A stretch of 63,992 nt of DNA, the filler included, from Catajapyx aquilonaris (Eukaryota): NCBI GenBank assembly GCA_000934665.2. It is 3 parts of 3 records of this genome, joined end to end, with 100 filler letters (N's around TTAATTAATTAA, not from the genome) between each part and the next. Parts side by side here need not be neighbours in the genome. Positions count along the whole stretch, not along the records: positions 1 to 21,490 come from JYFJ02006028.1; 2 more parts are not named here. One strand, given 5' to 3'. Positions 1 through 10,742 of this stretch are shown here, piece by piece. The notes beneath the pieces were generated by a model. That model was not told where the DNA came from. It searched no databases and saw nothing but the letters and a program-made list of their open reading frames with translations. The position numbers were made by a program, and so were the translations under genes. How positions within the stretch are numbered: position 1 is the first letter of the stretch; every line of letters starts with the position of its first letter.

Positions 1-1442
1 AAACGAAACCCTACATAAATTAGTCAAAAAAGTAACTACATCACCCCCGCCACACCTCACCATTTCCGAAGAAATAGCATCAACCCCAGGGGATTTAGGT
101 ATGATAGTGACAAAATATAATATTACATCTAGCTCTACCTGCATACAGCTGGGAATGTCAAGCATTATTATTATTATTAGCGATGACTATTACATGTACG
201 TAGATCTGCATTCAATAGCACAGGCAGTTTATTTTTCCACATTTCCAGCATAAAGCTGGGAATGTCAAGCTTTACTGTTCTTATTAACCACCATTAATGC
301 TTAAAACAGCTGAATTCAATAGGAGGAATATTCATTATGGAAATGAGTTACATCCTAAACCGCCTACCATTATCGAGACTTATTTTGTCACCATTACGAC
401 GTAGGGCAAGTTCAGACAAGCAAGCTCACCTTATGCATTTTCAGAAGGTGAATACCAAAAACACATGTACAGTACATCTCTGTATCTGCACGTACCTGAG
501 TGCTGATCTGAAAATAAACATGATTAAACACAGGAAGTACAATACACACTTGGTATCGACCTGAAAACATCCAGGTCACGCGCCTATCTCAATGCATAAT
601 TATTCTCTCTTATGCTCAATTTGAAAGCAATCGCATGCTTTCTGCCACGCAAAATAAATTCTACAAAAATTCAGTAAGTATGACATCGTCAGCTTTCAGG
701 CAATATTATTGCGTGTACCTTTACTGCAACGCGGTGCAAAAATTCAATTTACTGCCCATGCGTACATGCTCGGTCTAAAGAGTGTAGATAACTGGTGCAG
801 TAATATTTCATGTCATTCAAAACATTAGCCTGCTTATAAAACTCTGGCTCATTCTGATTGGCTCAGCAGCATCTACTCGTAAAGTCTGAGTGAAGTTTTT
901 TTTTTTAAATTAAATATCTCACAATATAAGTTCGGGAGTCTCGTATCGCAATTACTATATAGCATCACATGTATGGTATCGCAGTGTCGTCCGCTACCTG
1001 ATCTTAAGCTCACGTGAGCATTTCCTTCCACGGTCGCATTTTCATCGTCGCCGGCACGTCGCCGGTAGAATAAGCTCAAGTGGTCCACAAAAGATTCGGG
1101 TTGAAAAGGACATCCTGGGCAACAGTGGTCGGGGTCATCGTACAGCACCTTTGAATCCACCCTCGCACCCTGCCTTATATCCGGATGCCTTTTTCGAACC
1201 CTTCTCACCTTCTGACCTTCGAAGCATCGATAACCATGGGACACGATGAGCACTCAGGACATACAATGAGAGACGTCGGGTGTACGCACCCTGAGACATT
1301 ATATGCCAAGTTAAGGCTATAATGAGACATGTTCGTGGGATATGTGACACCCAGACGAGACACTGTATTCCGTCGCAACTCATCGCGTGACCACATGGTT
1401 AGAGTTTAATGACGTGTTCTGTCCATCGGTGGTCGTGCGGTA

Positions 1443-1555
1443 CAGGGTGCGCCTACTCGGGACCCGGTCGAAGGTCATCCCAATGAGAAGCCAAAAGCAC
1501 TAGTTTTGTCATCCCATAAAAGACAGACTCGCACGGGCCCTTTGGGCACACCCTG
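1443..1555. mobile_element. Tc1/mariner-type MITE (CAGGGTG ends)
   Basis: TA-CAGGGTGCGCC ... GGCACACCCTG-TA. Confidence 0.7.
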
Positions 1556-3306
1556 TACTCTGGTGCCCATGAGGTCAAGTGTGGCAGCAGAGATGTGGAC
1601 CGGACACTGACTCTACAGCTACAGGGGCCAACTAAGCCCCGGGGCAAACCGGCCCCACAAGAGAAAACACTGGACTCGACCGACACCGCCTGGAGAGTGT
1701 CTGCAAACATAGCCCGATGCCGTGTAGGATGAAAAGGGAATAAGCCACACAACAAACTTGTTTCAACAGGACTGCATAAAAAAGCACTGAGTAAAATATC
1801 AAGTGATTATTAACATTCATGTTACCCCGGAAGAAAAAGAGCTTTATCAGTGCAGAATCATCCCAAAATGAACGTTGTAATGGAGCAGATGAAACAGGCT
1901 ACTTGACGCACGCATGCACCTGTACACTGCCACCTGTAAATGACGAGTAAAAAGTACGCGTTTGCCACTAGCAGGCCACTAGCTCAAAATTCTGAACATT
2001 TTTACTGAATAATAAATGTACTAAATCACGAATCTAGTTAGGCAAAATGTGCCATGTGCTTGTTATTTTAACCAGCAGGTGCATCACCATCTCACCAGCC
2101 ACTGATTACAACAATGTGTGGCCAGGTGCCTGACCAACAATGTCGCATAAGCTGCTTATGTCATCTAAGTTGTTATCAGCAACTCCAGCATCACACCCAT
2201 TATTCTTATGATAATGCCAATTAATTCGTGCTATATAAGTAACATGCTACAAATAACATGCATAAATAACATGCAACTGGGCCCAGGGGGGGTGTGAAAG
2301 CTGCAGGTAGTAGTTTGGAGTGAAGGTAAAGAATGAGGAGACGGGAAAGACGATACATCTAACAATGATCATGACACCACGGCCAGCCTCTTCCATGCTC
2401 TTCTGTTCCGAAACCTGACATATCTGAAAATAATCATACTGGATGATGTTAGTGGTGGCGCCATACCTAATTGGCAATATCAGAAGACATGAACGATCAA
2501 CTGGAGTAACCAAAAAAAAAATGCAATAGTAATCGGCACCTCTGGAGTTCTGTGAGAGCAATGACCACAACATACCGGTATGGCTCGCATTATGGCAATG
2601 CCGAAATAAAAGTGAAATGTGAAATTAACTATCAGTTGACAAACATTAAGGATTGACCCCTTACCACCGATCTTGTCAGATAAAATTGTACAAAAAAAAA
2701 CACTAGTGGCACAGTGTCAAGCAAATTACCTAATTTCACCACACATTTTCAAATGGTTGGTGCTACAAAATGCAATGTAGTGCAGAGTCGCTCAATTACC
2801 TGCCCCATCAGTGCACTTCCCCATTAAACATACCACCTATACCTTGTTAAGTGAAAAGCAAGTTTGTGTTTGGGTAAGGAACTTTCAGGTGAGCGTATTA
2901 CCAGGCTTATAACGCAAGTCGAAACCGGGCAGCAAGCCTAATGGCGCATGACATCTGAAACAAGGAAAAGGAAAAAAATTAGAATAATTTTTTACGCATC
3001 ATCATGACAACAGTCGTGGTAGAAGTTAACACTTAACTAGTGACCTGGAAAATCATAACACTCACGGTGACCTGGGGTCGTTTAAGACCCCAGGGGATTT
3101 TAAGTATAAATTGCCTTTAATGATAAATATTGCTTTTTAATTCTTTTACACAACACCTGCAACTGTTTTCTACAATTTGATTTAATTTCCAACTCTCTGG
3201 CTGCCGTAGAACGGAATTTAAAAAATCACATACCTAACCATGCAATATTTTCAGATTTTACCATGACGAATCTAGATTTTCTAAGTCACTGGTGACCTGG
3301 GGTCTT

Positions 3307-3310
<4 letters not shown>

Positions 3311-3369
<59 letters not shown>

Positions 3370-3618
3370 GATACCCCGTGATAGGCCTTGGGCCTCTTAG
3401 GGGATCTTCTTTTCGTGAACCGGCTTTAATCATTGCCTGCGTGTGATGGATTTTGATTGCGGGAGGAAACGGGAGAACCCCGACAAAACCCACGCGAACA
3501 CGGAGAGAACCCATCGAAACTCTATCCACATAAGTATCCTCTGCGCGACCCGGGGATCGAACTCGGGACCTTAGAGGTAGAAGGCTGTGGCGCTAACCAC
3601 TCCGCCACCGTGTCGCCC
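3311..3618 (-). mobile_element. tRNA-derived SINE with V-domain-like core, full length
   Basis: A box TGGCGGAGTGG, B box GTTCGATCC, core GCGTGGGTTTTGTCGGGGTTCTCCCGTTTCCTCCC, (TTA)n tail, 13-15 bp TSD (CC)TGGGGTCTTTTAA. Confidence 0.88.
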
Positions 3619-3685
3619 TGGGGTCTTTTAAGACCCCAGCTATTTTCCAGCTCTAATTTTTCCGATCACACCTGTAATATATATA

Positions 3686-4009
3686 TCTGTCTGTCCAGCT
3701 CGGATGTGCAGCTAGGATATAGTAGACTCGGATATAGTAGACACCTCGGATATAGTAGACACATCATTGGCCACGCCCCCTGGCAGGCCCCTGACTTCCG
3801 CAATTCTTGCTCACACCAATGTGTGCAATGTCTACTATGGCCGAGGTGGCGTGTGACCAATGTGTCTACTACATCCGAGTGTACTATATCCGAGGTGTCT
3901 ACTATATCTGAGGGACCAATGTGTCTACTATATCCGAGTGCATAGGCTACTATATCCGAGTCTATTATATCCGATGTGTCTGCTATATCCGAGGTGGACA
4001 GGCAGACAG
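3686..4009. mobile_element. Foldback-type MITE with inverted arrays of a 15-18 bp unit
   Basis: Ends CTGTCCAGCTCGGAT / ATCCGAGGTGGACAG; CTCGGATATAGTAGAC units on the left, reverse-complement units on the right. Confidence 0.72.
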
Positions 4010-4299
4010 AGAAACGTTTTTTAAAATATGTAGATGTATTGATACCTTTCTCCGGATCATATTTTTCTAATTCCTGAAATGTTACTCAACTGGTGACACC
4101 TCGGTGGGTAATTAATTGATTTTAGCGGTTTTGTGTGACTTAATTTAAAAAAAAATCGAATATATGCAGGTCACCAGTTAAGTGTTAATATTACTGCATA
4201 TTTCACTTACCAGCATTTTTCCACAAGGGAGAAAGCTTTCACTTGCTTCCAGTGAGTAAAAAAGCGCCTTACAAAAACAACCCACATTGAACAAGCTGT

Positions 4300-5400
4300 C
4301 ATTGTCAACCCGTAGCCCAAAATAAAAGCACATCCGGAAACGTGTTGCATCGTGTGATGCCCCCGTCCGGATCAAGGTCGACCTCCCCCGCGCATCAGAT
4401 TTATTTCCTTGCGACTCCCTAAAATCCCTCCCCAAATCGAAGTTGCAAAAACGAGCATGTTCACACCTGCCCCCATTTTACCAGAATTAACACTACGCGG
4501 AAGGAAACAGACACTGGGGAGGGCAACCTGAGTCACTTGACGACTGTTACAATCGACTCTAATGTGTCGGAATCCCATACTTTATTGAACCACCCTTGTA
4601 CTGTACCCGTGGGCGTATTGGGTCATACACGCTACTGCCCCGTTTTACCAACCTTTTAAAGCCGCCATCAGGTAAAAGCTATGTTGGCTGCGGGTCAGCT
4701 TTCTGCTCTCTCAAAGGTATAAAAGCTAAACTGCAGCCGTTCGAAGTCTACATGTTTGGAGCGGAAAATGCGCGGCAAAATGTCGGCCATCTTGTGCTGA
4801 TCGGCGCCATCTTGCGTGGCACTCTAGCCTCGCACGGGGTCCACATTTCCTCCCCCCTTCACTTTTTGGCGCCAAAAACTTGCTGTGCCGTCACACTTGT
4901 CGTATAACCTCCCGACAATCCCTACTCTCTCAACAACCCCCAACTGCCCAAGCTCAAGCCCACACTTGGCCCCGGGACATGCCCCGGGCATTGAACCTGC
5001 CTGCTACACCAACAAAGGCACGGCGGCACAACCGTGCACCCTAGTCTGCACTGCGAATAAAAAAGGCGGTCATGACCTCCTTACCCACGGTTGGCCCTCG
5101 GTGGTGGTCACCCGTCGACCTGCTGGTGGCGACTACAACTGCCCGCTGCAGAGCTGCGGCTGAGGGCGGCCCGGGGTCAGTGAACCACCCCACTGAGCGA
5201 CGGTCATTGACCTACACGAAAGGCGTCCCTGAGGTGCGTCCGATCCGCTCCAGACGCAGCAACAAAAAGAAAAGCCAGAATATTCCACCCGGAATAATCG
5301 ATCCTATAGGAGGTGACTGGCGCTGATTGGCTGGACCTACCCAATCAGGATTTGTGGCGCCAAATTATGGCCATCTTGGGTCCCAATTTTGCATGGATCC
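4300..5400. promoter_or_regulatory. CpG-rich promoter-like island
   Basis: Palindromic E2F-type site TTTTTGGCGCCAAAAA at 4863-4878; three YY1-like GCCATCTTG (about 4786, 4806, 5370); CCAAT boxes at about 5325-5347; minus-strand donors at about 5084 and 4210. Confidence 0.5.
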
Positions 5401-5644
5401 CAGATGGATCCACTGTCTTTTAACCCCACTCAACGTGCACGGAAATTTCAGCATTAAAATTATTCCTATTCTTGTGTGGTGTGCCTTTGTAAAAGAAATT
5501 ATTACGGACAGTACCTGTAGGCTAGCGGTTATTTTTGGGGGGGAACTAAGCTGCTTTATGTGCAATCTGTTATTTTGTAGCACGGTAGTATACCGTGTAT
5601 CATAATAATATATAATTGGCTTGAGACTGTGCCTCTCTTTGTCC

Positions 5645-5820
5645 GGGGTGAGTCATAGTAGCATGTAGTCCCACTACCCCTGGCACGACCCTGAGAGTGG
5701 CAGCCATGTGCAGAGAGGGGGGAAATGCGCCATTTATGTGAGGGATATGGTACTACACCAAGAGCTCTTGGTACTACATAATCAGTCGGAGGACCTGGGT
5801 AGTTTTGACAAAGCGGTTCC

Positions 5821-5864
<44 letters not shown>
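5645..5864 (+). mobile_element. Probable retroposon 3' end with (GTA)n tail
   Basis: GC-richer segment ending in a (GTA)n tract at 5822-5863; no clear TSD. Confidence 0.4.
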
Positions 5865-5865
<1 letters not shown>

Positions 5866-6021
5866 CCAGGGAAGACTAGCACAATTAGCTGATTCTTTTT
5901 TAACTTGTCAGACACCGTGTCAGACCGACATGAAAACTACTGTACGTCTGTACCGGTACTGCTAAAGTGCGGTGAAACTACTGACTACTGTGTATATGTT
6001 ATTGTTTGCATCTTTGCACAG

Positions 6022-6106
6022 CAAGAAGTCGACGAGAAAGTTACTGGAAGCGAGGCAGAACATGTGGAAGTCCGGTACGCCAGAAAACTGGAGTATCGCT
6101 GTGAAG
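6022..6106 (+). CDS. DCST1: DCST1-like exon (QEVDEK...KLEYRCE)
   Basis: ttgcacag acceptor, gaag|gtgtgg donor, phase matches the next exon. Confidence 0.75.
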
Positions 6107-8099
6107 GTGTGGCTTTGTTGCATCGGTACCGGGCGTATCGTAACAGCAGCGTGTAAATATATTATATCTTTTTTTTCCGCAAGATGTGTTTGCCACGGGC
6201 ATAGCATCCTGCATGGACAGCTTCAAAAGCGCTTACGAAAAGTGCGCCGCTAAGTTCACAGCCTTCAAGCCCATCATGTGCTGGCCCATGAAGGTGAATC
6301 ACCTCTGCAACTTTTTCGGAGGTAACTTATAATAGTTGCTCACTAACGCAACTTTTGTCTTAATCATTATACATCGGGCATATATCCAGGAGGCGGTGCC
6401 AGTGGGATTTGCAACTCGGAGGACGCGGTGAAAAAGGGTCTCGGGAACAACTACATGTCCTCCAAGACAATCGCGCAGGACCTGATGAACAACACCTTCC
6501 GTGGTACCCTGCAGTACCAGCTGGCTGAGCTGCCTTCGTTGGTACATATACAGTTTCTTCCAGGACCTGAAGCTCAAAATAGCCTCCAAGAGAGGCGCCT
6601 CTCTTATTATTGGAGGCTATGTTGAGCTTCAGGTCTCCTACCGTACACCTGCACGTCAATCGACACAATGCAATGCAGCGAATGACTCCGATGATTCTTA
6701 TCGTATAGGAACTGGAGGAGGCTGAAAACGCGAAGTATCAACTAGAGTCGCAGGTACAGGGTATGTCCGCAGGTATCGGGTTCATGCTGACGGCCATCAG
6801 GACGTTTCTGGTCTTCGCATACATACGGATGCTCATCAGGTACAGCGCTACAGTTATCCGTGACTTGAGTGTACACTTGACACTTTTTGTGTGTGTCCAC
6901 CAGTGCTCTGGGGTACCTGCGCCAGTACCGGCAGGACATAAACTTCAACAACCAGTACATAACGTCGTACTTCATCCTACTGGACGAACGCCGTCGGAAA
7001 CTGGGCAAGACGTACCTGATGCCGCTAAAGAGGTTTGAGCGAGGCATGTTCATCCATCCTTCGTCGCTCAAGATATCCAAGCTGGAAAAGCAGCCTTTTG
7101 TAAGTTGCATGGGTTCAAACACACGCTGAGTTACGAATAATGCAGTTGGTTACAGTTGGCCAACAAGCTGGTGATCGTCGCTGAGATGATAGCGGTGTAC
7201 TGCATGTTCACGTTTGACTACCTCATCTACTTTGCCCTCGACTTGATTCGGAGGCACTCGCTTGTAGGATTCCAGCAGACAGGTCAGTCGGCGCAGAACT
7301 AGCAACTGCAGGGTGAGAGACGCTTTCTTTGATCACAGGGGTGGTCAAGCTGGAAGTGGAGGTGAGAGGCAACGGCATGATTGCCCAGATGGTGAGGACC
7401 ATCCTGCAAGATGTCAGCGTCGAGCAGTATGTGGACAACAAGGCATCCACAGAACCGTGCTTGCCGTCACCAAAAGAGATTCCTAGGGAGATGCTGACAG
7501 AGGTGACGCTGATGTACGCTGTGGTCTGGGGATTCGTGTTTGTGCAAGGATACGTCACGAGAGCCAGGCGAGTCATCTGCGCCTGGTATTACCCGCAGGT
7601 ACAAAGTGCATGCAAAGATCCTTGATTCACAAAAGCACTAACATAAAAAGCGTATGACTTCCAGAGAGAGAAAGTGCGTGTCCTGCACTTCTACAACGTC
7701 ATGCTTAAAAGGAGGCGAAAGTACTTGCAGTACTTGAAGGAGACCATTTCCAGTATAGCGGAAAAGAAGGCAATGGATGTAAGTGTGGACATGTAACTAC
7801 TATTACAAATGTTACCATATTGCACCTAAGCAATTGTAAGTCTGCTTGTATGCAACTAGATTCAACATAACACCTGGCTGAACCTGCGCATCAGCTACCC
7901 TTCCTCTTTTGGATGGCTCAAAGTGTTTCCCTGCGGACGCCATTCCTGCCTGGTGTGCGATGCTCTGGAAAAGAGCGACTTTACCCAATGCGGCAACCCC
8001 GACTGCATGTTCTGGTACTGCCTGAAGTGCTGGCAAGACCTCGGCAAAACATGCTACGCTTGCAGCCAGCAGATTACAGAGGATAAAGACGTGCTATGA
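6022..8099 (+). CDS. DCST1: DC-STAMP domain protein, DCST1/sneaky-like (5'-incomplete, 9 exons, about 480 aa)
   Basis: GT-AG exons in consistent phase: 6022-6106, 6184-6321, 6390-6541, 6709-6839, 6904-7099, 7156-7282, 7339-7598, 7665-7778, 7860-8099 (TGA). Motifs YRQDINFNNQYITSYF..LDERRRKLGKTYLMPLKRFER, CLPSP, RRVICAWYYPQREKVRVLHFYN, and a C-terminal Cys-rich RING-like finger CLVC..C..PDC..YCLKCW..CYAC. Confidence 0.9.
6184..6321 (+). CDS. DCST1: DCST1-like exon (DVFATGIASCMDSFKSAYEKC...CWPMKVNHLCNFFG)
   Basis: Conserved extracellular Cys pattern; canonical splice sites. Confidence 0.88.
6390..6541 (+). CDS. DCST1: DCST1-like exon (GGGASGICNS...LAELPSL)
   Basis: ccag acceptor, ttg|gtacat donor; phase 1 in, phase 0 out. 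Confidence 0.8.
6564..6635. repeat. 72-bp hairpin in a DCST1 intron
   Basis: GACCTGAAGCTCAA..ATAGCCTCCAA..GAGAGGCGCCTCTC..TTGGAGGCTAT..TTGAGCTTCAGGTC. Confidence 0.85.
6709..6839 (+). CDS. DCST1: DCST1-like exon (ELEEAEN...FLVFAYIRMLI, TM)
   Basis: tatag acceptor, cag|gtacag donor; hydrophobic helix. Confidence 0.82.
6904..7099 (+). CDS. DCST1: DCST1-like exon (DC-STAMP domain start)
   Basis: FNNQYITSYF...LMPLKRFER signature. Confidence 0.92.
7156..7282 (+). CDS. DCST1: DCST1-like exon (LANKLVIV...FDYLIYFALDLIRRH)
   Basis: TM segment, phase-consistent. Confidence 0.88.
7339..7598 (+). CDS. DCST1: DCST1-like exon (VEVRGNGMIAQ...CLPSP...CAWYYPQ)
   Basis: DC-STAMP motifs. Confidence 0.92.
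7665..7778 (+). CDS. DCST1: DCST1-like exon (REKVRVLHFYNVMLKRR...)
   Basis: End of DC-STAMP domain; gat|gtaagt donor. Confidence 0.9.
7860..8099 (+). CDS. DCST1: DCST1-like terminal exon (RING-like zinc finger)
   Basis: Cys-rich CLVC...CYAC finger; TGA at 8097-8099. Confidence 0.9.
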   Translation: MQHNTWLNLRISYPSSFGWLKVFPCGRHSCLVCDALEKSDFTQCGNPDCMFWYCLKCWQDLGKTCYACSQQITEDKDVL

Positions 8100-10426
8100 C
8101 AAGTGCGGATAGTTTTATAAAATTTTATTACTTGCCGGAGTTTGATAAATAGGGGATCGTGGTCAGCTGCCAATGTTAGTTGCCGCTAGAAGTTTCCAAA
8201 CCGTGAAAATGGTTAGTGGGGTACAACGTGTGGCTTACTCATCCACATCTGCAGTCATTATTTCCAGTGGTTTCTTGTCCTTCACCTTCTGCATATATGC
8301 CACTGAATCAAATATTTCCGGTGTCTAGAAAAGGAACATACAGCATCTGTGAGATACACATCACTTTTGTAAATTACAACCATGCCACGAGCATTGTGAG
8401 TTGCAGGGAAAACACAACACGCACAAATGTTAAAGTCTTTATTGGTGGCTCAACCTTTCTCCAAGTACAAATATACAAACCCGCATCCCATTATGGTTTC
8501 ACAAATTAAAGCTATAATCATGGATGGAAGCCATAACCCTGAATGGAAGCCACAAACAAAAAGAAAATAATAAATAGATTTTTAACTCAACAAGAACTGC
8601 GTCCTCTCAGTCTTTTTTTTTTCATACTTGAGGTTAGGTATAAAAGTACTCATTATAAAAAAATAAAAAAAGGCAGAAGCAAAAATGCATAGCAACGACG
8701 GCTCATAAATTGCAAGATGCCGCAAACGAAGAGACAGGGACATCATTAAAGCGTGGCCAGTCGTTTTATTTGGGGATCAGGGTGGGAGAGGGATGGAAAG
8801 CACGGAGTATGACAGTGTAACCATATATGAGAATCAATATCCAAATACGTATAATATTCAAGCCATCTTGTAAAAGTTCCTGAAACAATACTTATGTAAC
8901 GAGAGAGGAATATCACTGATAAATATCTTACAATGCATTTAAAGCATTCAACAGCACCAATTTGACTAATTTAATACTTGCACCTCACAAAACGATATGA
9001 GATTTCACTTCAACAAGGGGGAGTAGATATGTCCAATATGCATAGATAAAAATCTTATTGCATTACGGGTGCATTATTTTGGTAGTTTGCTCGAGTGATT
9101 GACAAATTAGCTCGTCAAGTCATGGGTGATAAAACCCGCTACTCAAATACGCTACCAGCAGTTGACAGCCGCAGCAAAGGGTTTGCTGTCCAGTTGGCGT
9201 CAACTACATGGGCGGTACAAGCTGCATTCGATGAAAATGAGCCAATCAACTATAAGTGGACATGATTACATGCAAGTCCAGAAACAAAATGTTATCAATA
9301 TTCTGAAAATTGTCTCAAGTCTTGAACACACTCAAAGTATCATCATCACCTCCCTTCTCTCTTTTCCCACCCCACTCCTCTATCCCATTCATCTGATTGT
9401 CAAAAAATGTGGTCCTGTCCATACCATACATGCCTAGATTTGTACCATGTTTTTTCCTGGACTTGTTTGTAACCAAGTCCAAATCAGGTTGACTGGCTTA
9501 CTTTTATCAGTAACTCTAACCCGATCCGTGTCAAGGGACGTTTAAGCAAATAAATTCCAGTCGGCTTTGGATGGAAGAGACTTCAAGGTACCACGGAAAT
9601 CATTATCCTATAACCGAGGTTTCCTGTATCTAAATACACAGGCCATATACGGAAGTAAGGTGGGACCAGCCTTTCAAGTTGGCGACAACTGAGGCTCTTA
9701 TATCCAAAGTCGACTGTATTTGGCAGTGACAAGTAACGTCATGTACATATAGCCCCTTAATTAATAGCACATATCCAGAAGACTGTCAGAAATAAAATAA
9801 AAAGTGGTCCATTCAAACTATCTAAATGGCATGTCAAACCATCGGGAATCATCACAATCGGTCGTGAACCCCCAACCTGTCCTTAATTCAAGAACACTCT
9901 CTTTTACAGCAACAGAATGATTGGTGCTGATTATTCTGTAGAACTGTACACTAAATCTATGCTTTAGAACTAGATCATCAATTGCACATAATTCGTTTCA
10001 AAATCCAAGTCTAACATATAATATAGCGATATAATTCCAAATAAATATTTTCAAACAAAAAACATGTTTTCTTGCAAATAAAGAAATTTTCAGTCATCAA
10101 AAGTTCATAAAGCGATGGAAGCACCAAAGGGCGTACTCGGCAAGCCAAAACTAGCCTAACCTTCAAGTTCATGCAAGCTGCATCAGGTAATATTTTTCCG
10201 AGCAGTGCCATCAAGATTAAAAAATGTAGAAAAAAGTATATAGAAAATAATATACGGTATAGAAAAAAAAAGGTAGAAGGGGGAGGGGGTGTGCTCCATG
10301 CATTTGGAAATGTCATGTTATTGCTTAAATTCAGGAAAAGCCTGAGAGGTGAGTGGGAGGAACACACTGCGGCAAACTCGCTCCCCAAAATGCAATCCTT
10401 TTCCTCCTCCCTATTCAGTTGCAGGC

Positions 10427-10742
10427 TCATCCAACAGCATGTACCTTCTGGACTATCGCAGGTGCCTCCCTGCAAATTCGGTCCCAATCCTTTGGCAGCT
10501 TCTTGCAGCAAGGGGAGTTGGAAAACGTAATCAGTGATTCCCTGGTGTACACCAGGCAGGCAGTGGCAGCCCTCTCCTTCGGTGGAGACTCGCTGACAGT
10601 AGGCATGACACGCCCTGTGCCACCAATCTTCTTCGTCAAGGGAGCAGCAGCTGCAAACTGTTCCGCATCACCTCGCCCGTCATGCTTCACTGGACGGGAG
10701 AAGGCAAATGGAGGGAGTGTCGGCTGCTGCATTGGTGGTGGG
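10427..10742 (-). CDS. mxt: Mextli terminal exon with eIF4E-binding motif
   Basis: VYTRESLITFSNSP...LPKDWDRICREAPAIV; TGA at 10429-10427. Confidence 0.9.

Larger units (their letters stand above)
3030..4184. mobile_element. piggyBac-type non-autonomous element with two nested insertions
   Basis: TTAA TSD (3026-3029, 4185-4188); 18-bp TIR CACTTAACTRGTGACCTG; internal palindromes CTGGGGTC..AAGACCCCAG. Confidence 0.8.

Noticed and set aside
147..270. 17-bp direct repeat AGCTGGGAATGTCAAGC
   Set aside because: Only two copies, a small local duplication with no further structure.
3281..3529. ORF-track entries with poly-L, V, I, D or RE runs (also 5556, 5708, 24413, 27627, 41718)
   Set aside because: Translations of microsatellites or retroposon tails.
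3545..3618. tRNA-like sequences (also near 24800, 40680, 50120 and 58640)
   Set aside because: They are SINE heads followed by SINE bodies, and most copies have tails or TSDs; no acceptor-stem closure or T-run terminator.
3699..3995. Short repeated units resembling a CRISPR array
   Set aside because: No unique spacers of regular length, units in inverted orientation within a MITE, eukaryotic context and no cas genes.
4596..4907. ORF considered as the missing DCST1 N-terminus
   Set aside because: Only superficial resemblance; no TM helices, no conserved pattern and no supporting splice structure.
6564..6631. Apparent DCST1 exon DLKLKIASKRG...
   Set aside because: It would need a 22-nt intron and coincides with a hairpin insertion.
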